Counted from the first letter of the stretch, positions 20,268-30,428 are shown. The stretch: DNA of 64,000 nucleotides from an uncultured Dictyoglomota bacterium (GCA_964654465.1 CAZZIO010000018.1:14957-78956); one strand, 5' to 3'. The notes: a model not told the origin generated them from the letters alone. Program-made: numbers and translations.

Positions 20268-20543
20268 GCCATTAATATCTAAAAAAGTATTTAAAATTTA
20301 TATATTTAAAATAAATTATAACTCAAATTTAGTAAATTTTCAAAAATTAAAAGCAATTGACCTTTAGAAGGAGAAAAAATCATATTTTTTTATATTCTAT
20401 TTGAGCACAACATCTTGCAGTATGTCTATACAACATTTGTACTTACCCTAAATAAACATATCTAAAATCACTTGACCTAAATAAATTATGTGTAGTATCT
20501 TTAACATAGTTAAAATAAATTAAAAGAGAAAGGAAATTCATAT

Positions 20544-21113
20544 ATGGATTGGCTTAATGTATTTAAAGCAAAAGGAGCTTTTTTAGAAGGCCATTTTTTA
20601 TTATCCTCAGGTCTCCATAGTCCAAATTATCTCCAATGTGCCCTCATACTCCAATATCCTGATTTATCAGAAAAGATCGCAAAAGAAATAGCAGAAAAAA
20701 TACCTGAGTACTTAAAGATTGATGTAGTAGTTGGTCCTGCTCTCGGTGGAATTATAATTGCCTATGAGCTTGCAAGGGCGTTAAACGTAAGAGGAATATT
20801 TGCAGAAAGAGAAGAAGGTAAAATGACACTAAGAAGAGGCTTCAGTATCAAACCAGGAGAAAAAGTCTTAATCTGTGAAGATGTAGTTACTACAGGTGGT
20901 TCTGCGTTAGAGGTAGCAAATTTAATTAAAGAAAATGGAGGAGAGGTAGTTTCTTTTGCCTGTATTGTAGACAGAAGTGGAGGAAAGAATATTTTTGACA
21001 AACCTCTTTATTCTTTAATTCAATTAAAACTTGATACCTATAAACCTGAAGAATGCCCCCTCTGTAAGGCAGGAATTCCCTTATTAAAACCAGGAAGCAG
21101 AGGACTAAAATAA
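20544..21113 (+). CDS. pyrE: Orotate phosphoribosyltransferase
   Basis: GHFLLSSGLHS, EDVVTTGGS PRPP motif, KPGSR. Confidence 0.95.
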   Translation: MDWLNVFKAKGAFLEGHFLLSSGLHSPNYLQCALILQYPDLSEKIAKEIAEKIPEYLKIDVVVGPALGGIIIAYELARALNVRGIFAEREEGKMTLRRGFSIKPGEKVLICEDVVTTGGSALEVANLIKENGGEVVSFACIVDRSGGKNIFDKPLYSLIQLKLDTYKPEECPLCKAGIPLLKPGSRGLK

Positions 21114-21114
21114 A

Positions 21115-21144
21115 AAGGGGATAAGAGATTACTTCTATCCCCTT
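21115..21144 (+). terminator. Terminator after pyrE
   Basis: AAGGGGATA...TATCCCCTT inverted repeat directly after the stop codon. Confidence 0.7.
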
Positions 21145-21204
21145 ATATTCTCAATATCATTATATTCCTTATAATAGTGTTTCCTTGAACTACTCCTGTA
21201 AAAA

Positions 21205-21267
21205 TCACAATGTTGTAACTAATTCTCCAGCACCTCCCGTTACAAGATTCTTATATAATATCTTCAT
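21205..21267 (-). pseudogene. Possible N-terminal remnant of an NAD-dependent epimerase/dehydratase
   Basis: Translates MKILYKNLVTGGAGELVTTL*; LVTGGAG is a Rossmann motif. Confidence 0.35.
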
Positions 21268-21396
21268 ATCTTCCAGAAATATTTTTTGTTGCTTGGTGGA
21301 AAGTTTTATATTTTTCCCATTGAAACGCGCAAGTTTTATTCAATAGAAGTATTACTTGCCCATATAGTTTTTTACAAACTTTTACTTTTTAAAGGT

Positions 21397-21667
21397 AGGA
21401 GGTAAAATTACTTAGGGATTAGATATTGTTCTCAAACTTGTTGAATTTTTCAACTCAAGTATACTTTTAGTTTATATTGCACATAATCCAGATTTTGTTG
21501 AAACAAAGGATGAATTAAAATGGAATTTTAAATGATGACTGTCAATACTATGAAAAACCTCAATGAAAAGTAGAAAGTTATATGGAGCAAGATACATACT
21601 CGTTAAAGTAGCAAAAAATATAGTTAGACATGCCCACTACTCTGTAAATGAAGAAGATATAAGATAA
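21397..21667 (+). pseudogene. Decayed universal stress protein (Usp) gene
   Basis: AGGAGG SD without a start codon, then two same-frame fragments GLDIVLKLVEFFNSSILLVYIAH... and MKSRKLYGARYILVKVAKNIVRHAHYSV, separated by stops. Confidence 0.6.
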
Positions 21668-21764
21668 TTATCTTTACCTATTAGTGATAAAAGACCTAAT
21701 AATTAAAACATTCTGCCGTTTGAAAAAATTATAGTAATTTTTTTTAATGGACTTTTTTAAAAAT

Positions 21765-23336
21765 CTAACTTCCTGCTTCCAATAGTCTACTTACAACAAA
21801 ATCTTTCGGCAAAGATATTAAGAAGTAACCAGCTCTTGGCCCTGATGTTTGATTGAGAAAAGAAAGATATATAAGCTGAAAAGCTCTTTTTCCTTCTATT
21901 CCATGTTCTTGCGCTAAGTTATATATAAAGTTTTGGAGTTCATTACCTTGCCAATCTTTTTCCTTTATTTTATTAGCCAAAATTCTTAAAAATTCCTTTT
22001 CCTTAGGAAGAAAGGTTTTAACTATTTCAGGTGTCTTTTCCTGTAATTTAAATTTCACCTGAGATGGTGCAAATTTTTCAAGCCAATTTTTTACATATTC
22101 AATCCTTTTTAATATCTCATCAAACTTACTAAGCTCACTTTCATAACCGCTTCTTATAAGCATCTCTTTTAGAAGTTCATTATTTCCCAAGGATATTTGA
22201 GTTAATGTAATTATATGCCTGAGTGGTACTTGTGGCCCTATCTCTTTTGGAATCTCTCTTACCTGTGAAAGTTCATAAAGTCTCGCAATTTCAGCCCACT
22301 CTTCTTCCGTACCTTCTAATCGGTAATAAATTCTCTCCAATCTTTCATAATCCTCTGCTAAAAGAATATATCCATTTACTGGATCAAAATCTATATGCTT
22401 ATCTGGTTTATATCTCAATATGAGATATCTTACCCATGAAGGGGGGAGGATTTCTAATATTTCATTAATAGAAATAGCTATCCCTTTTGAGCTTGACATA
22501 GCTCCTTTCCCTTTCAGATATATCCATTCATATACAAAGGGATAAGGAGGCTCATATCCAAATATCTCTTTCGTAATGACCTTTCCTGTATCATAAGAAC
22601 CACCTGTAGTAGCATGATCTTTCCCAAAAGGTTCTACTGTAACTCCAAAAATCTTCCATCTACCCGGCCAATCAAGTCGCCAAGGAAGTTTTGCTTCTCC
22701 TTTGCTATAATCTGATACTCCTTGATGACCGCATTTACATTGATATTCCACTTGATGTTTTTTAGTATCATAGGAAATTATTTTTGTAGTAGCTAACCTT
22801 CCACATTTTTCACATTTTGGAAGGAGAGGAACAAAATCTTTCTCTAAATTTCTCCCTGCTATTTCATTAAGAATCTCTTTTATTTTTTGATTATTTTCCA
22901 AAGTTAAGTCAATAATCTCAGTATACAAGCCCTTTTTATAACTTTCGTGAGCCTTTATTACTTTTGGTTCAATACCTAATACTTTTATTGCTTCTAAAAA
23001 TGGTTCTAAAAAGTGTTCTGCATAATTCTCATGACATCCTTCAGGATCAGGAATTTCAGATATGGGCTTTCCTACATGTTCAGCATAAGATTCTGGTAAG
23101 AAAGGATATACTTTTCTTAAAGGGTCAAATGTATCAGCTATATAAATAAAATCTACTTCTGAACCTTGATCCCTTAAAGCTCTTGAAAGGGCATCACCAG
23201 TTAAAATCTCCCTCAGGTTCCCAAGATGGATGGGACCTGAGGGAGTAATACCAGTTGCTACCACATTTTTATTACCTTTTAACTTAATTATTTCAGATGC
23301 TGCTATATCTGCCCAATGCGGGACTTTTTTTACCAT
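21765..23336 (-). CDS. lysS: Lysine--tRNA ligase, class I
   Basis: HWAD, TGITPSGPIHLGN (HIGH-like), EPFGKDH, MSSSKG, GPRAG. Confidence 0.95.
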   Translation of the reverse strand: MVKKVPHWADIAASEIIKLKGNKNVVATGITPSGPIHLGNLREILTGDALSRALRDQGSEVDFIYIADTFDPLRKVYPFLPESYAEHVGKPISEIPDPEGCHENYAEHFLEPFLEAIKVLGIEPKVIKAHESYKKGLYTEIIDLTLENNQKIKEILNEIAGRNLEKDFVPLLPKCEKCGRLATTKIISYDTKKHQVEYQCKCGHQGVSDYSKGEAKLPWRLDWPGRWKIFGVTVEPFGKDHATTGGSYDTGKVITKEIFGYEPPYPFVYEWIYLKGKGAMSSSKGIAISINEILEILPPSWVRYLILRYKPDKHIDFDPVNGYILLAEDYERLERIYYRLEGTEEEWAEIARLYELSQVREIPKEIGPQVPLRHIITLTQISLGNNELLKEMLIRSGYESELSKFDEILKRIEYVKNWLEKFAPSQVKFKLQEKTPEIVKTFLPKEKEFLRILANKIKEKDWQGNELQNFIYNLAQEHGIEGKRAFQLIYLSFLNQTSGPRAGYFLISLPKDFVVSRLLEAGS

Positions 23337-24544
23337 ACAGAATACTTCCCTTCTGCTAATTCATTGCAGAATTTTTCGATATTAGCAAGCTCATTATCAA
23401 TAATGTTTTCTACTGATTTTGATATATCATAAATTGATACACCATTTTCTAAAATAAGTTGAGCAGTAGCAATTTTTGGTTGATCAATTGGCCTTCCAAT
23501 TTGACTGCAAAGCCATACATATACCTCTTTTATACCAGGAACATTCTGATAAATTTCATTTGCTATTTTATGAGTCAAAATATTGTATATTTTTCCTACA
23601 TGGCTTACAGGATTTTTACCTGCAGCTGCCTCCGTTCCCATAGGGCGATTTAGTGCAATAACACCATTTACTCTATTTCCTCTTCCCACTTGTCCCGAGT
23701 CAGCATCTTCAGCAGAAGTTCCAAGAACACTTATATACATTCCATCCATGCCTCTTTCAGGATCATCCAATGTGTTAATATCTATTGTTATCTGATCAAA
23801 ATTTTGAGCTCTCTCTTGTACAAACTTTTCAACTATTCCTCTAATTACTTCCTTTTTCTCAAAATAATCTTGCACACTATTAACATATCTATCGATGAAA
23901 GGCATAGCTATAGTAATTTGCAAATTTCTTTTTTGACGAAACGCCATTATTTTTATGTCTTCTCCTACTTCGGGATGAATTTTCTTAAATTCTGGGGAGT
24001 TAAGATATCTTTCAAGTTCTAAAACTATTTTTTCAGTGGATGTTAAAGGTGCATATCCTACAGCAGCTGAAGTATCGTTAGCTGGAAGAAGACCTTTTCT
24101 TCTTCTGAAAATATCAGTAAGCTCTGGAGAGCCAGGATAAAGCTCCACTTGATATATTACATGTTTATCAGGGTCAACAAATCTCAAGTTTTTTCTAAAC
24201 CATTCTTTAGCAGTTTCTATTGCTATCTCTTCTACAGGAATTCTAATACCATCAACTTCAAAAGTCGCTCTGTCTCCTATTACTAAAAGCATTGGTTTTT
24301 TCACTTCTCCACCAATGCCAAGCCTTCTTTCAACCTCTCCAGCTACTAATAAACTTTTATCAATATTATGGTGTAATACATTTCCCACCCTTCTTATATA
24401 CTCCTGGGAAAGATTTACAGATATCTGGTCCATGATTGCATCACATATAGAGTCAGGATGTCCTACACCTTTTCTTTCAACTAGTTCTACTCCATGTTCT
24501 TCTACTGGTAATGAATTTAATTTTTCAACTACAATGTTTCTCAT
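23330..24544 (-). CDS. mat: Archaeal-type S-adenosylmethionine synthetase
   Basis: ELVERKGVGHPDSICD, ANDTS, GQVGRGNR, AAGKNPVSHVGKIY; start ATG 24544. Confidence 0.92.
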   Translation of the reverse strand: MRNIVVEKLNSLPVEEHGVELVERKGVGHPDSICDAIMDQISVNLSQEYIRRVGNVLHHNIDKSLLVAGEVERRLGIGGEVKKPMLLVIGDRATFEVDGIRIPVEEIAIETAKEWFRKNLRFVDPDKHVIYQVELYPGSPELTDIFRRRKGLLPANDTSAAVGYAPLTSTEKIVLELERYLNSPEFKKIHPEVGEDIKIMAFRQKRNLQITIAMPFIDRYVNSVQDYFEKKEVIRGIVEKFVQERAQNFDQITIDINTLDDPERGMDGMYISVLGTSAEDADSGQVGRGNRVNGVIALNRPMGTEAAAGKNPVSHVGKIYNILTHKIANEIYQNVPGIKEVYVWLCSQIGRPIDQPKIATAQLILENGVSIYDISKSVENIIDNELANIEKFCNELAEGKYSVW

Positions 24545-24669
24545 CTTTCCTATCCTCCTTCTTACTTTTTTGTTGAAAATAAGCAAAAAAATAATATCAC
24601 AAGTTAATTAATATTACAACAAAAAGTTTATATTAAATAAAAGTAATACATTTTTCTTAAAATTGCAAT

Positions 24670-24698
24670 AAAAAGAGGGGAACATTTTAGTTCCCCTC
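24670..24698 (-). terminator. Terminator after xylB
   Basis: GAGGGGAAC-loop-GTTCCCCTC with a T-run on the minus strand. Confidence 0.75.
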
Positions 24699-24732
24699 AA
24701 TATTATTTTATTATAAACGTATGTTTAAAAAA

Positions 24733-26295
24733 TTACTTCTTATTAGAGTAATATCTCTCTATAAAATTATGTAATTTTCTATAATATTCCTTCATTATAG
24801 GATACAATTCTCTGTAAAGACCATATAATTCTTCATATAGTTTTGCTCTTTCTTGATCTGGTTCTTCTCTACTTACTACTTTTACTACTTTATCACAAGC
24901 ATCCTCTACACTCTTGTAAACTCCAACACCAACTCCCGCAAGTAGAGCAGCGCCATAGGCGGCACCTTCTGTTACATTTATAGTAGTGATAGGAGTATTA
25001 AATACATCAGCTAAAATTTGTCTCCAAAGAGGACTTCTTGCACCTCCAGCTATAGCTCTTATTTCTCTCATATTTATTCCAAGAGCTTTCATAAGTTCCA
25101 AAGAATCTCTTAAACCAAAAGCCACTCCTTCTAACACTGATCTTACAAAGTAAGGCTTATTATGCCTCAAACTAATTCCCACAAAAATCCCTTTTGCCAT
25201 AGGATCGGCATGAGGAGTTCTCTCACCAGTAAGATATGGTAAAAAGATTAATCCCTCTGATCCAGCTGGAACATTACCAGCTTCCATGGTTAAAAACTCA
25301 TAAGGATCTTTTCCTGTCCATTTAGAAAGCTCTGTTTCTATCTCCCCAAAAGAGTCTCTAAACCATCTAAAGGATCCACCAGCTGATAACATAACTCCCA
25401 TAGTATGCCACTTTCCGGGAACTGCATGACAAAAAGTATGAAGTCTTCCCTCAGGATCTCCTTCTGGAGTATCCAGATGAGCAAAAATTACTCCTGAAGT
25501 TCCTAAACTTACAAATAAGACCCCACTTTTTACAATCCCACTACCTACTGCTTGCGCTGCATTGTCACCTCCACCACCTACAACAGGAATCCCTGCAGGT
25601 AGACCGATTTCTTCAGCAACTTTTGGAAGTAAGGTTCCTGTAATCTCAGGAGATTCATATACTTTTGGCATCCAATCCTCTGGAATATCAAGAAGATTTA
25701 ACATCTCTTTAGACCAAGTTCTCTTTTTTACATCAAAAAGCAAAGTACCAGAAGCATCAGAAACTTCTGATGCATACTCCCCTGTTAATCTGAATCTTAC
25801 ATAATCCTTTGGTAATAATACTTTAGCAACCTTAGAATAATTCTCTTGCTCGTTCTCTCTAAGCCAAAGGATTTTGGGGGCTGTAAATCCTGTAAGAGCA
25901 AGATTTAAAGTAAGTTCAAGAAGTTTTTTAACCCCTCCTACCCTTTCTACAATCTCGTCGCATTGCTTAGCTGTCCTTTGGTCGTTCCAAAGAATAGCTC
26001 TTCTAATTACATTACCTTTTGAGTCAAGAAAAACAGAACCATGCATTTGCCCAGATAATCCTATACCTTTTATCTCTTTTGGTGATACGCCAGTTTTATT
26101 TATTAAACTAATAATTGCATCCTTTGTTGCCTTCCACCAATCCTCTGGATCTTGTTCAGACCAAGAAGGAAAAGGAGTATATAGAGGATACTCAAAAGTT
26201 GAACTTCCTAATACTTTTCCTTCCTCATCAATAAGCAAAGCTTTAGTTCCAGAAGTACCCACATCAATACCTAAAAGCACTTTTTTCCACCTCAC
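24733..26295 (-). CDS. xylB: Xylulokinase (true start may be GTG 26280)
   Basis: GIDVGTSG, SGQMHG, ILWNDQRT, GGGDNAA, LPYLTGERTPH. Confidence 0.92.
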   Translation of the reverse strand: MRWKKVLLGIDVGTSGTKALLIDEEGKVLGSSTFEYPLYTPFPSWSEQDPEDWWKATKDAIISLINKTGVSPKEIKGIGLSGQMHGSVFLDSKGNVIRRAILWNDQRTAKQCDEIVERVGGVKKLLELTLNLALTGFTAPKILWLRENEQENYSKVAKVLLPKDYVRFRLTGEYASEVSDASGTLLFDVKKRTWSKEMLNLLDIPEDWMPKVYESPEITGTLLPKVAEEIGLPAGIPVVGGGGDNAAQAVGSGIVKSGVLFVSLGTSGVIFAHLDTPEGDPEGRLHTFCHAVPGKWHTMGVMLSAGGSFRWFRDSFGEIETELSKWTGKDPYEFLTMEAGNVPAGSEGLIFLPYLTGERTPHADPMAKGIFVGISLRHNKPYFVRSVLEGVAFGLRDSLELMKALGINMREIRAIAGGARSPLWRQILADVFNTPITTINVTEGAAYGAALLAGVGVGVYKSVEDACDKVVKVVSREEPDQERAKLYEELYGLYRELYPIMKEYYRKLHNFIERYYSNKK

Positions 26296-26319
26296 CTTTC
26301 CTATGGAGTTTTATCTTTG

Positions 26320-26348
26320 ATTATAAAAACGTTTTTCTTTTTAGTCAA
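26320..26348 (-). promoter_or_regulatory. xylB promoter with a palindrome in the spacer
   Basis: TTGACT-17nt-TATAAT; AAAAACGTTTTT palindrome next to the -10. Confidence 0.7.
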
Positions 26349-26429
26349 TAAAAAAAATAAAGATACCATAAAAAATTTATAATATTTCCTTATAAAACTC
26401 TTCTTTTAAGAGTTGTCCCTTTTCTCACT

Positions 26430-26456
26430 ATAGGGAGGAGTAAAACTCCTCCCTAT
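26430..26456 (-). terminator. Stem-loop ending the hydrogenase operon
   Basis: ATAGGGAGGAGT-AAA-ACTCCTCCCTAT immediately after the NuoF-like stop codon. Confidence 0.75.
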
Positions 26457-28246
26457 TATTCTTTTCTAATAGCTTTAAATGGACATACCTGGAAACATAT
26501 TCCACACTTAGTACATTTACTCTGATCAATAACATATGTTCCATCTTCGTCTTTATAGATCGCCCCTACAGGACAATTTCTAAAACATATAGAACATTTC
26601 CTACACTCTTCCCTTATTACCTCATAATGAATCAAGGCAGTACAAACTTTTGCAGGACATTTTTTATCCCTAATATGGGCAAGGTATTCATCCCTGAAGT
26701 ATTTTAATGTTGTTAAAACAGGATTAGGAGCTCCTTTCCCAAGACCACAAAGTGATGTATTTCTCACAGTATAAGCCAATTGTTCAAGCTCTAATAAATC
26801 CTCTTCCGTCCCTTCACCTTTTGTTATTTTATCTAAAATTTCCAACATTCTCTTAGTACCTACTCTGCATGGTACACACTTTCCACAAGATTCGTCTTGC
26901 GTAAAAGACAAGAAAAATTTAGCAACATCTACCATACAGTTATCTTCATCCATAACGATAAGTCCACCAGATCCCATGATGGCTCCAAGGGCAGTTATTG
27001 ATTCATAATCTATAGGTGTATCTAAGTATTCCGCTGGTATACAACCCCCAGCTGGACCTCCTATCTGGACAGCTTTAAACTTCTTTCCATTAGGTATTCC
27101 ACCACCAATATTGTAAACTACCTCTCTCAAAGTTATACCCATAGGTACTTCTATAAGTCCTGTCATATTTATTTTCCCAGCTAAAGCAAAAACCTTAGTC
27201 CCTTTACTCTTCTCTGTTCCATAACTTGCAAACCAATCAGCACCATTAATAATTATTGGTGGAATATTAGCCCACGTTTCTACATTATTTATCACAGTAG
27301 GTTTTCCCCATAATCCAGAATTTACTGGAAAAGGCGGACGGGGTCTTGGCATACCTCTTTTACCTTCTATAGATGCAATTAATGCTGTCTCCTCTCCACA
27401 AACAAAAGCTCCTGCTCCAATTCTAATCTCAATATCAAAGGAAAAATCAGTACCCAATATATTGTCTCCTAAAAGGCCATAATTTCTTGCTTGTTCTAAA
27501 GCTGCAGTAAGTCTTTTAATAGCTAAAGGATATTCAGCTCTTATATAGACAAATCCTTTCTTAGCTCCAATAGCATAACCTCCAATTAACATACCTTCAA
27601 TAACAGAGTGAGGATCACCTTCCATAATACTTCTATCCATAAAAGCTCCAGGATCCCCTTCATCTGCATTACAAACTACATACTTTTCCGATCCAGAAGC
27701 TTTTCTACCAAGCTCCCATTTTAATCCAGTAGGAAAACCCGCTCCTCCCCTTCCACGAAGACCAGATTTTTTAACTTCAGAAATTACATCTTCTGGAGAC
27801 ATTTGAGTAAGAACTTTTGCAATAGCAGAATAACCATCTCTTGCAATATATTCCTCAATATTTAGAGGATCAATAAACCCTACATTTCTTAAAGCAATTC
27901 TTACTTGATTTTTAAAAAATGGAAGATCGTTAATGGTTGGTATAAATTGTTTTTGCTCCGGTTCTTTTACAAGAAGCCTCTCCACAATCCTACCCTTAAT
28001 AAGGTGTTCATATACAATCTCTTTTGCATCCTGTGGCTTTAATTTAACATAAAAAGTCCCCTCTGGATATATGGCCATAACTGGCCCTAAATCACAAGTA
28101 CCAAAACATCCAGTTTCAATAATTTTTACTTCATCGTAAATACCTGCTTCTTTTAATTCCCTTTCAAGGGCTGATTTGAAAGTTTCTTCACCTGCAGAAA
28201 TGCATGCTGCACCTGCACATAAAAGAATATGTGCTCTCTCTGGCAT
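26456..28246 (-). CDS. hndC: NAD(P)-dependent [FeFe]-hydrogenase diaphorase subunit (HydB/HndC, NuoF-like)
   Basis: N-terminal 2Fe-2S domain, GLRGRGGAGFPTG, NADEGDPGAFMDR, ESCGKCVPCRVG, two C-terminal 4Fe-4S motifs. Confidence 0.9.
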   Translation of the reverse strand: MPERAHILLCAGAACISAGEETFKSALERELKEAGIYDEVKIIETGCFGTCDLGPVMAIYPEGTFYVKLKPQDAKEIVYEHLIKGRIVERLLVKEPEQKQFIPTINDLPFFKNQVRIALRNVGFIDPLNIEEYIARDGYSAIAKVLTQMSPEDVISEVKKSGLRGRGGAGFPTGLKWELGRKASGSEKYVVCNADEGDPGAFMDRSIMEGDPHSVIEGMLIGGYAIGAKKGFVYIRAEYPLAIKRLTAALEQARNYGLLGDNILGTDFSFDIEIRIGAGAFVCGEETALIASIEGKRGMPRPRPPFPVNSGLWGKPTVINNVETWANIPPIIINGADWFASYGTEKSKGTKVFALAGKINMTGLIEVPMGITLREVVYNIGGGIPNGKKFKAVQIGGPAGGCIPAEYLDTPIDYESITALGAIMGSGGLIVMDEDNCMVDVAKFFLSFTQDESCGKCVPCRVGTKRMLEILDKITKGEGTEEDLLELEQLAYTVRNTSLCGLGKGAPNPVLTTLKYFRDEYLAHIRDKKCPAKVCTALIHYEVIREECRKCSICFRNCPVGAIYKDEDGTYVIDQSKCTKCGICFQVCPFKAIRKE

Positions 28247-28275
28247 TTTTAAACCTCCTTATATTGTTTTATTCT

Positions 28276-28644
28276 TTATTCAGTAGAAAGAACATCCTCA
28301 GATACAACCTGACCATTAACCACATGTTGAGCAATTATCTTTCTTGCCTTTTCAGGGGTTACATGTTTATAAAGAACCTTATGTCCTCCTAACTTTTGAA
28401 CAGATATTAATGGCTCATACTCACAAAGTCCAATACATCCTGCCTGAGTTACAACCACATTTTTTAAACCTCTTTTTTCTATCTCATCCAAAATAGCCAA
28501 TAATGTCTCCCTTGCGCCAGCTGCTATTCCACACGTCCCCATATGTACTACTATCTTATCCTTACCTTCAGGACTCCTCATCTCAAGTTCTGCTTGAGTC
28601 TTTTCTTTAATCTTCTTAAGATCCTCTAAAGTTAATTTTTTCAT
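28276..28644 (-). CDS. hndB: Thioredoxin-like 2Fe-2S ferredoxin subunit (HndB-like)
   Basis: VHMGTCGIAAGA, GCIGLCEYEP. Confidence 0.85.
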   Translation of the reverse strand: MKKLTLEDLKKIKEKTQAELEMRSPEGKDKIVVHMGTCGIAAGARETLLAILDEIEKRGLKNVVVTQAGCIGLCEYEPLISVQKLGGHKVLYKHVTPEKARKIIAQHVVNGQVVSEDVLSTE

Positions 28645-28645
28645 T

Positions 28646-29179
28646 TTACCAACCTCCCAAATTTTCATTTAAAAATTCTTTTAAAAAAGAAATTACTTCT
28701 GGAGAATTAATAGGTATTCTAATAGACTCCTTTATTTCCTTTGTAGAAATATTGATCTCATCACCATTTTTAACTATCTTAATCTCAAAATCTATATCTG
28801 GATTTGTAGCTATCAAGCCCCATATAGTCCCAGAAAGATTTCCCATAGGAGGTAAATCTACACATAAAAAAGGAACTTCTGCATAAATCTCTGTGCCTTT
28901 TCCTACCTCAGAGTTAATCTTTACCTCTCCCCCACAATTTTTAATCAACTCGTAAAATAGAGGAATACCAAGACCAACTTTCCTTGTAGTTCTACTTGTA
29001 AAAAATGGATTTTTAATCTCTTCTAATATTTCTTTTGGCATACCTTTTCCATCATCTTTTATAATTATATACAAAATTCCCCTTTGGAGATCTTTTCTAA
29101 TCTCCAAGTAAATATTTTTTGCATTAGCTTCTATAGAATTTTGTACAAGATCCAAAATATGAAGAGATAATTCTTTCAT
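28646..29179 (-). CDS. HATPase_c (histidine-kinase-like ATPase) protein of hydrogenase operons
   Basis: ELSLHILDLVQNS, DDGKGM, TSRTTRKVGLGIP. Confidence 0.85.
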   Translation of the reverse strand: MKELSLHILDLVQNSIEANAKNIYLEIRKDLQRGILYIIIKDDGKGMPKEILEEIKNPFFTSRTTRKVGLGIPLFYELIKNCGGEVKINSEVGKGTEIYAEVPFLCVDLPPMGNLSGTIWGLIATNPDIDFEIKIVKNGDEINISTKEIKESIRIPINSPEVISFLKEFLNENLGGW

Positions 29180-29664
29180 TGATGTTCTTTTCTAAAGTTT
29201 TCAATTAATTTTCTCAACTTATCAGGAGTAAGTTTTCCATAAACATCATCGTCTATCATGAGAGCTGGTGCCATACTACAAGCTCCAATACACCTTACAA
29301 GATCCAAAGAAAAGAACCCATCCTCTGTTACTTTACCTTCTTTAAGTCCCATCTGCTCAAGAGTTCTGAGTAAGTCCTCAGCTCCTTTAACATAACAAGC
29401 CGTTCCCATACAAAGTCTTATTACATGCTTGCCTTGAGGCTCAAGTCGGAAAAAGGAATAAAATGTTACTACACCGTAAATCTCACTTAATGGTACTTTT
29501 AATCTTTCAGAAATCAGTTCTAAAGCTTCACGAGGTAGATATCCAAACTTTTCCTGAACTGCGTGAAGGATCATAATCAAAGATCCCCTTGAGTTTGCAA
29601 AACGGTCTAGAATCTTTTCTACCTCTTTCTGAGCATATTCGGAAAACTTTAATTCTACTGCCAT
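29176..29664 (-). CDS. hndA: NuoE-like 2Fe-2S hydrogenase subunit (HydC/HndA)
   Basis: VVTFYSFF, CMGTACYVKG, CIGACSMAP. Confidence 0.9.
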   Translation of the reverse strand: MAVELKFSEYAQKEVEKILDRFANSRGSLIMILHAVQEKFGYLPREALELISERLKVPLSEIYGVVTFYSFFRLEPQGKHVIRLCMGTACYVKGAEDLLRTLEQMGLKEGKVTEDGFFSLDLVRCIGACSMAPALMIDDDVYGKLTPDKLRKLIENFRKEHQ

Positions 29665-29666
29665 TT

Positions 29667-30410
29667 CTATACCTCCATTTCCTGTATTTTTACATTTTTT
29701 TCTTTCAAGCTTTTAAAAACTGCTTTTTTAGAAAATTCTTCTAAATATATAAAAGTTTTTGGTTCTTTTATATCCTCTAAATAGTGAGCATCAGAAGAAA
29801 TTAAAAATTTCTTATCTTTCAGTTCTGGGTGCTCGCTAATAAATTTAGTATAGCTTATCTTGTTAGACAATTCTATAAAATCAAAAAATAAATCCTTCGG
29901 AATAAAACCCAAATTTGATATTATACTAAAGGAAGGCCTATCCACATGGGCTAATATTATTATCCCGCCATATTCTTTTATTTTTTTAACTGTGTCTGTA
30001 ACCCTAAGTGATATAGAGGTATTTAATAACCTTTCCTCTATTCTTTCTACCTCATCATTCTCATTAACCACTACTTGTACTCCAAAAATTTCTTCTCTAT
30101 TTTTAGTATCTGGTAAATAGTTAAAAATATCTTTTTGAAATTTTAAAGCTGTATCATAATCTTCAAATAAAGCCAATATATGCACTTCTTCACTGGTTTG
30201 AATTTCCATACCTGGTATTACTAAAACACCCATTCTATCTCCCCAGAAAGAGATAGCAGGATAATTTTCTACCATATGATGATCGGTTATCGCTATAACT
30301 CCTATATTCATTTTCTTTACTCTCTCTATAATGTTTTTAGGACTCATACTCCAATCTCCACAAGGAGAAAGAACCGAATGTATATGCAAATCTATCCCTA
30401 CCCATGCCAA
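29667..30410 (-). CDS. PHP-domain phosphoesterase
   Basis: DLHIHS, ITDH, AHVDR, SSDAH. Confidence 0.88.
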   Translation of the reverse strand: MAWVGIDLHIHSVLSPCGDWSMSPKNIIERVKKMNIGVIAITDHHMVENYPAISFWGDRMGVLVIPGMEIQTSEEVHILALFEDYDTALKFQKDIFNYLPDTKNREEIFGVQVVVNENDEVERIEERLLNTSISLRVTDTVKKIKEYGGIIILAHVDRPSFSIISNLGFIPKDLFFDFIELSNKISYTKFISEHPELKDKKFLISSDAHYLEDIKEPKTFIYLEEFSKKAVFKSLKEKNVKIQEMEV

Positions 30411-30428
30411 ATAAAAAATTCCTCCTCA

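Noticed and set aside
20270..20540. AT-rich gap with a short CAACAT repeat, as a CRISPR array or ncRNA
   Set aside because: Only two short imperfect copies, no regular spacing and no stable structure seen
24545..24732. SAM riboswitch upstream of mat
   Set aside because: The region is AT-rich and lacks SAM-I core sequences; the only hairpin is the xylB terminator
26456..29664. NuoE/NuoF as respiratory complex I
   Set aside because: No membrane nuo genes; the context and extra FeS domains fit a hydrogenase diaphorase module
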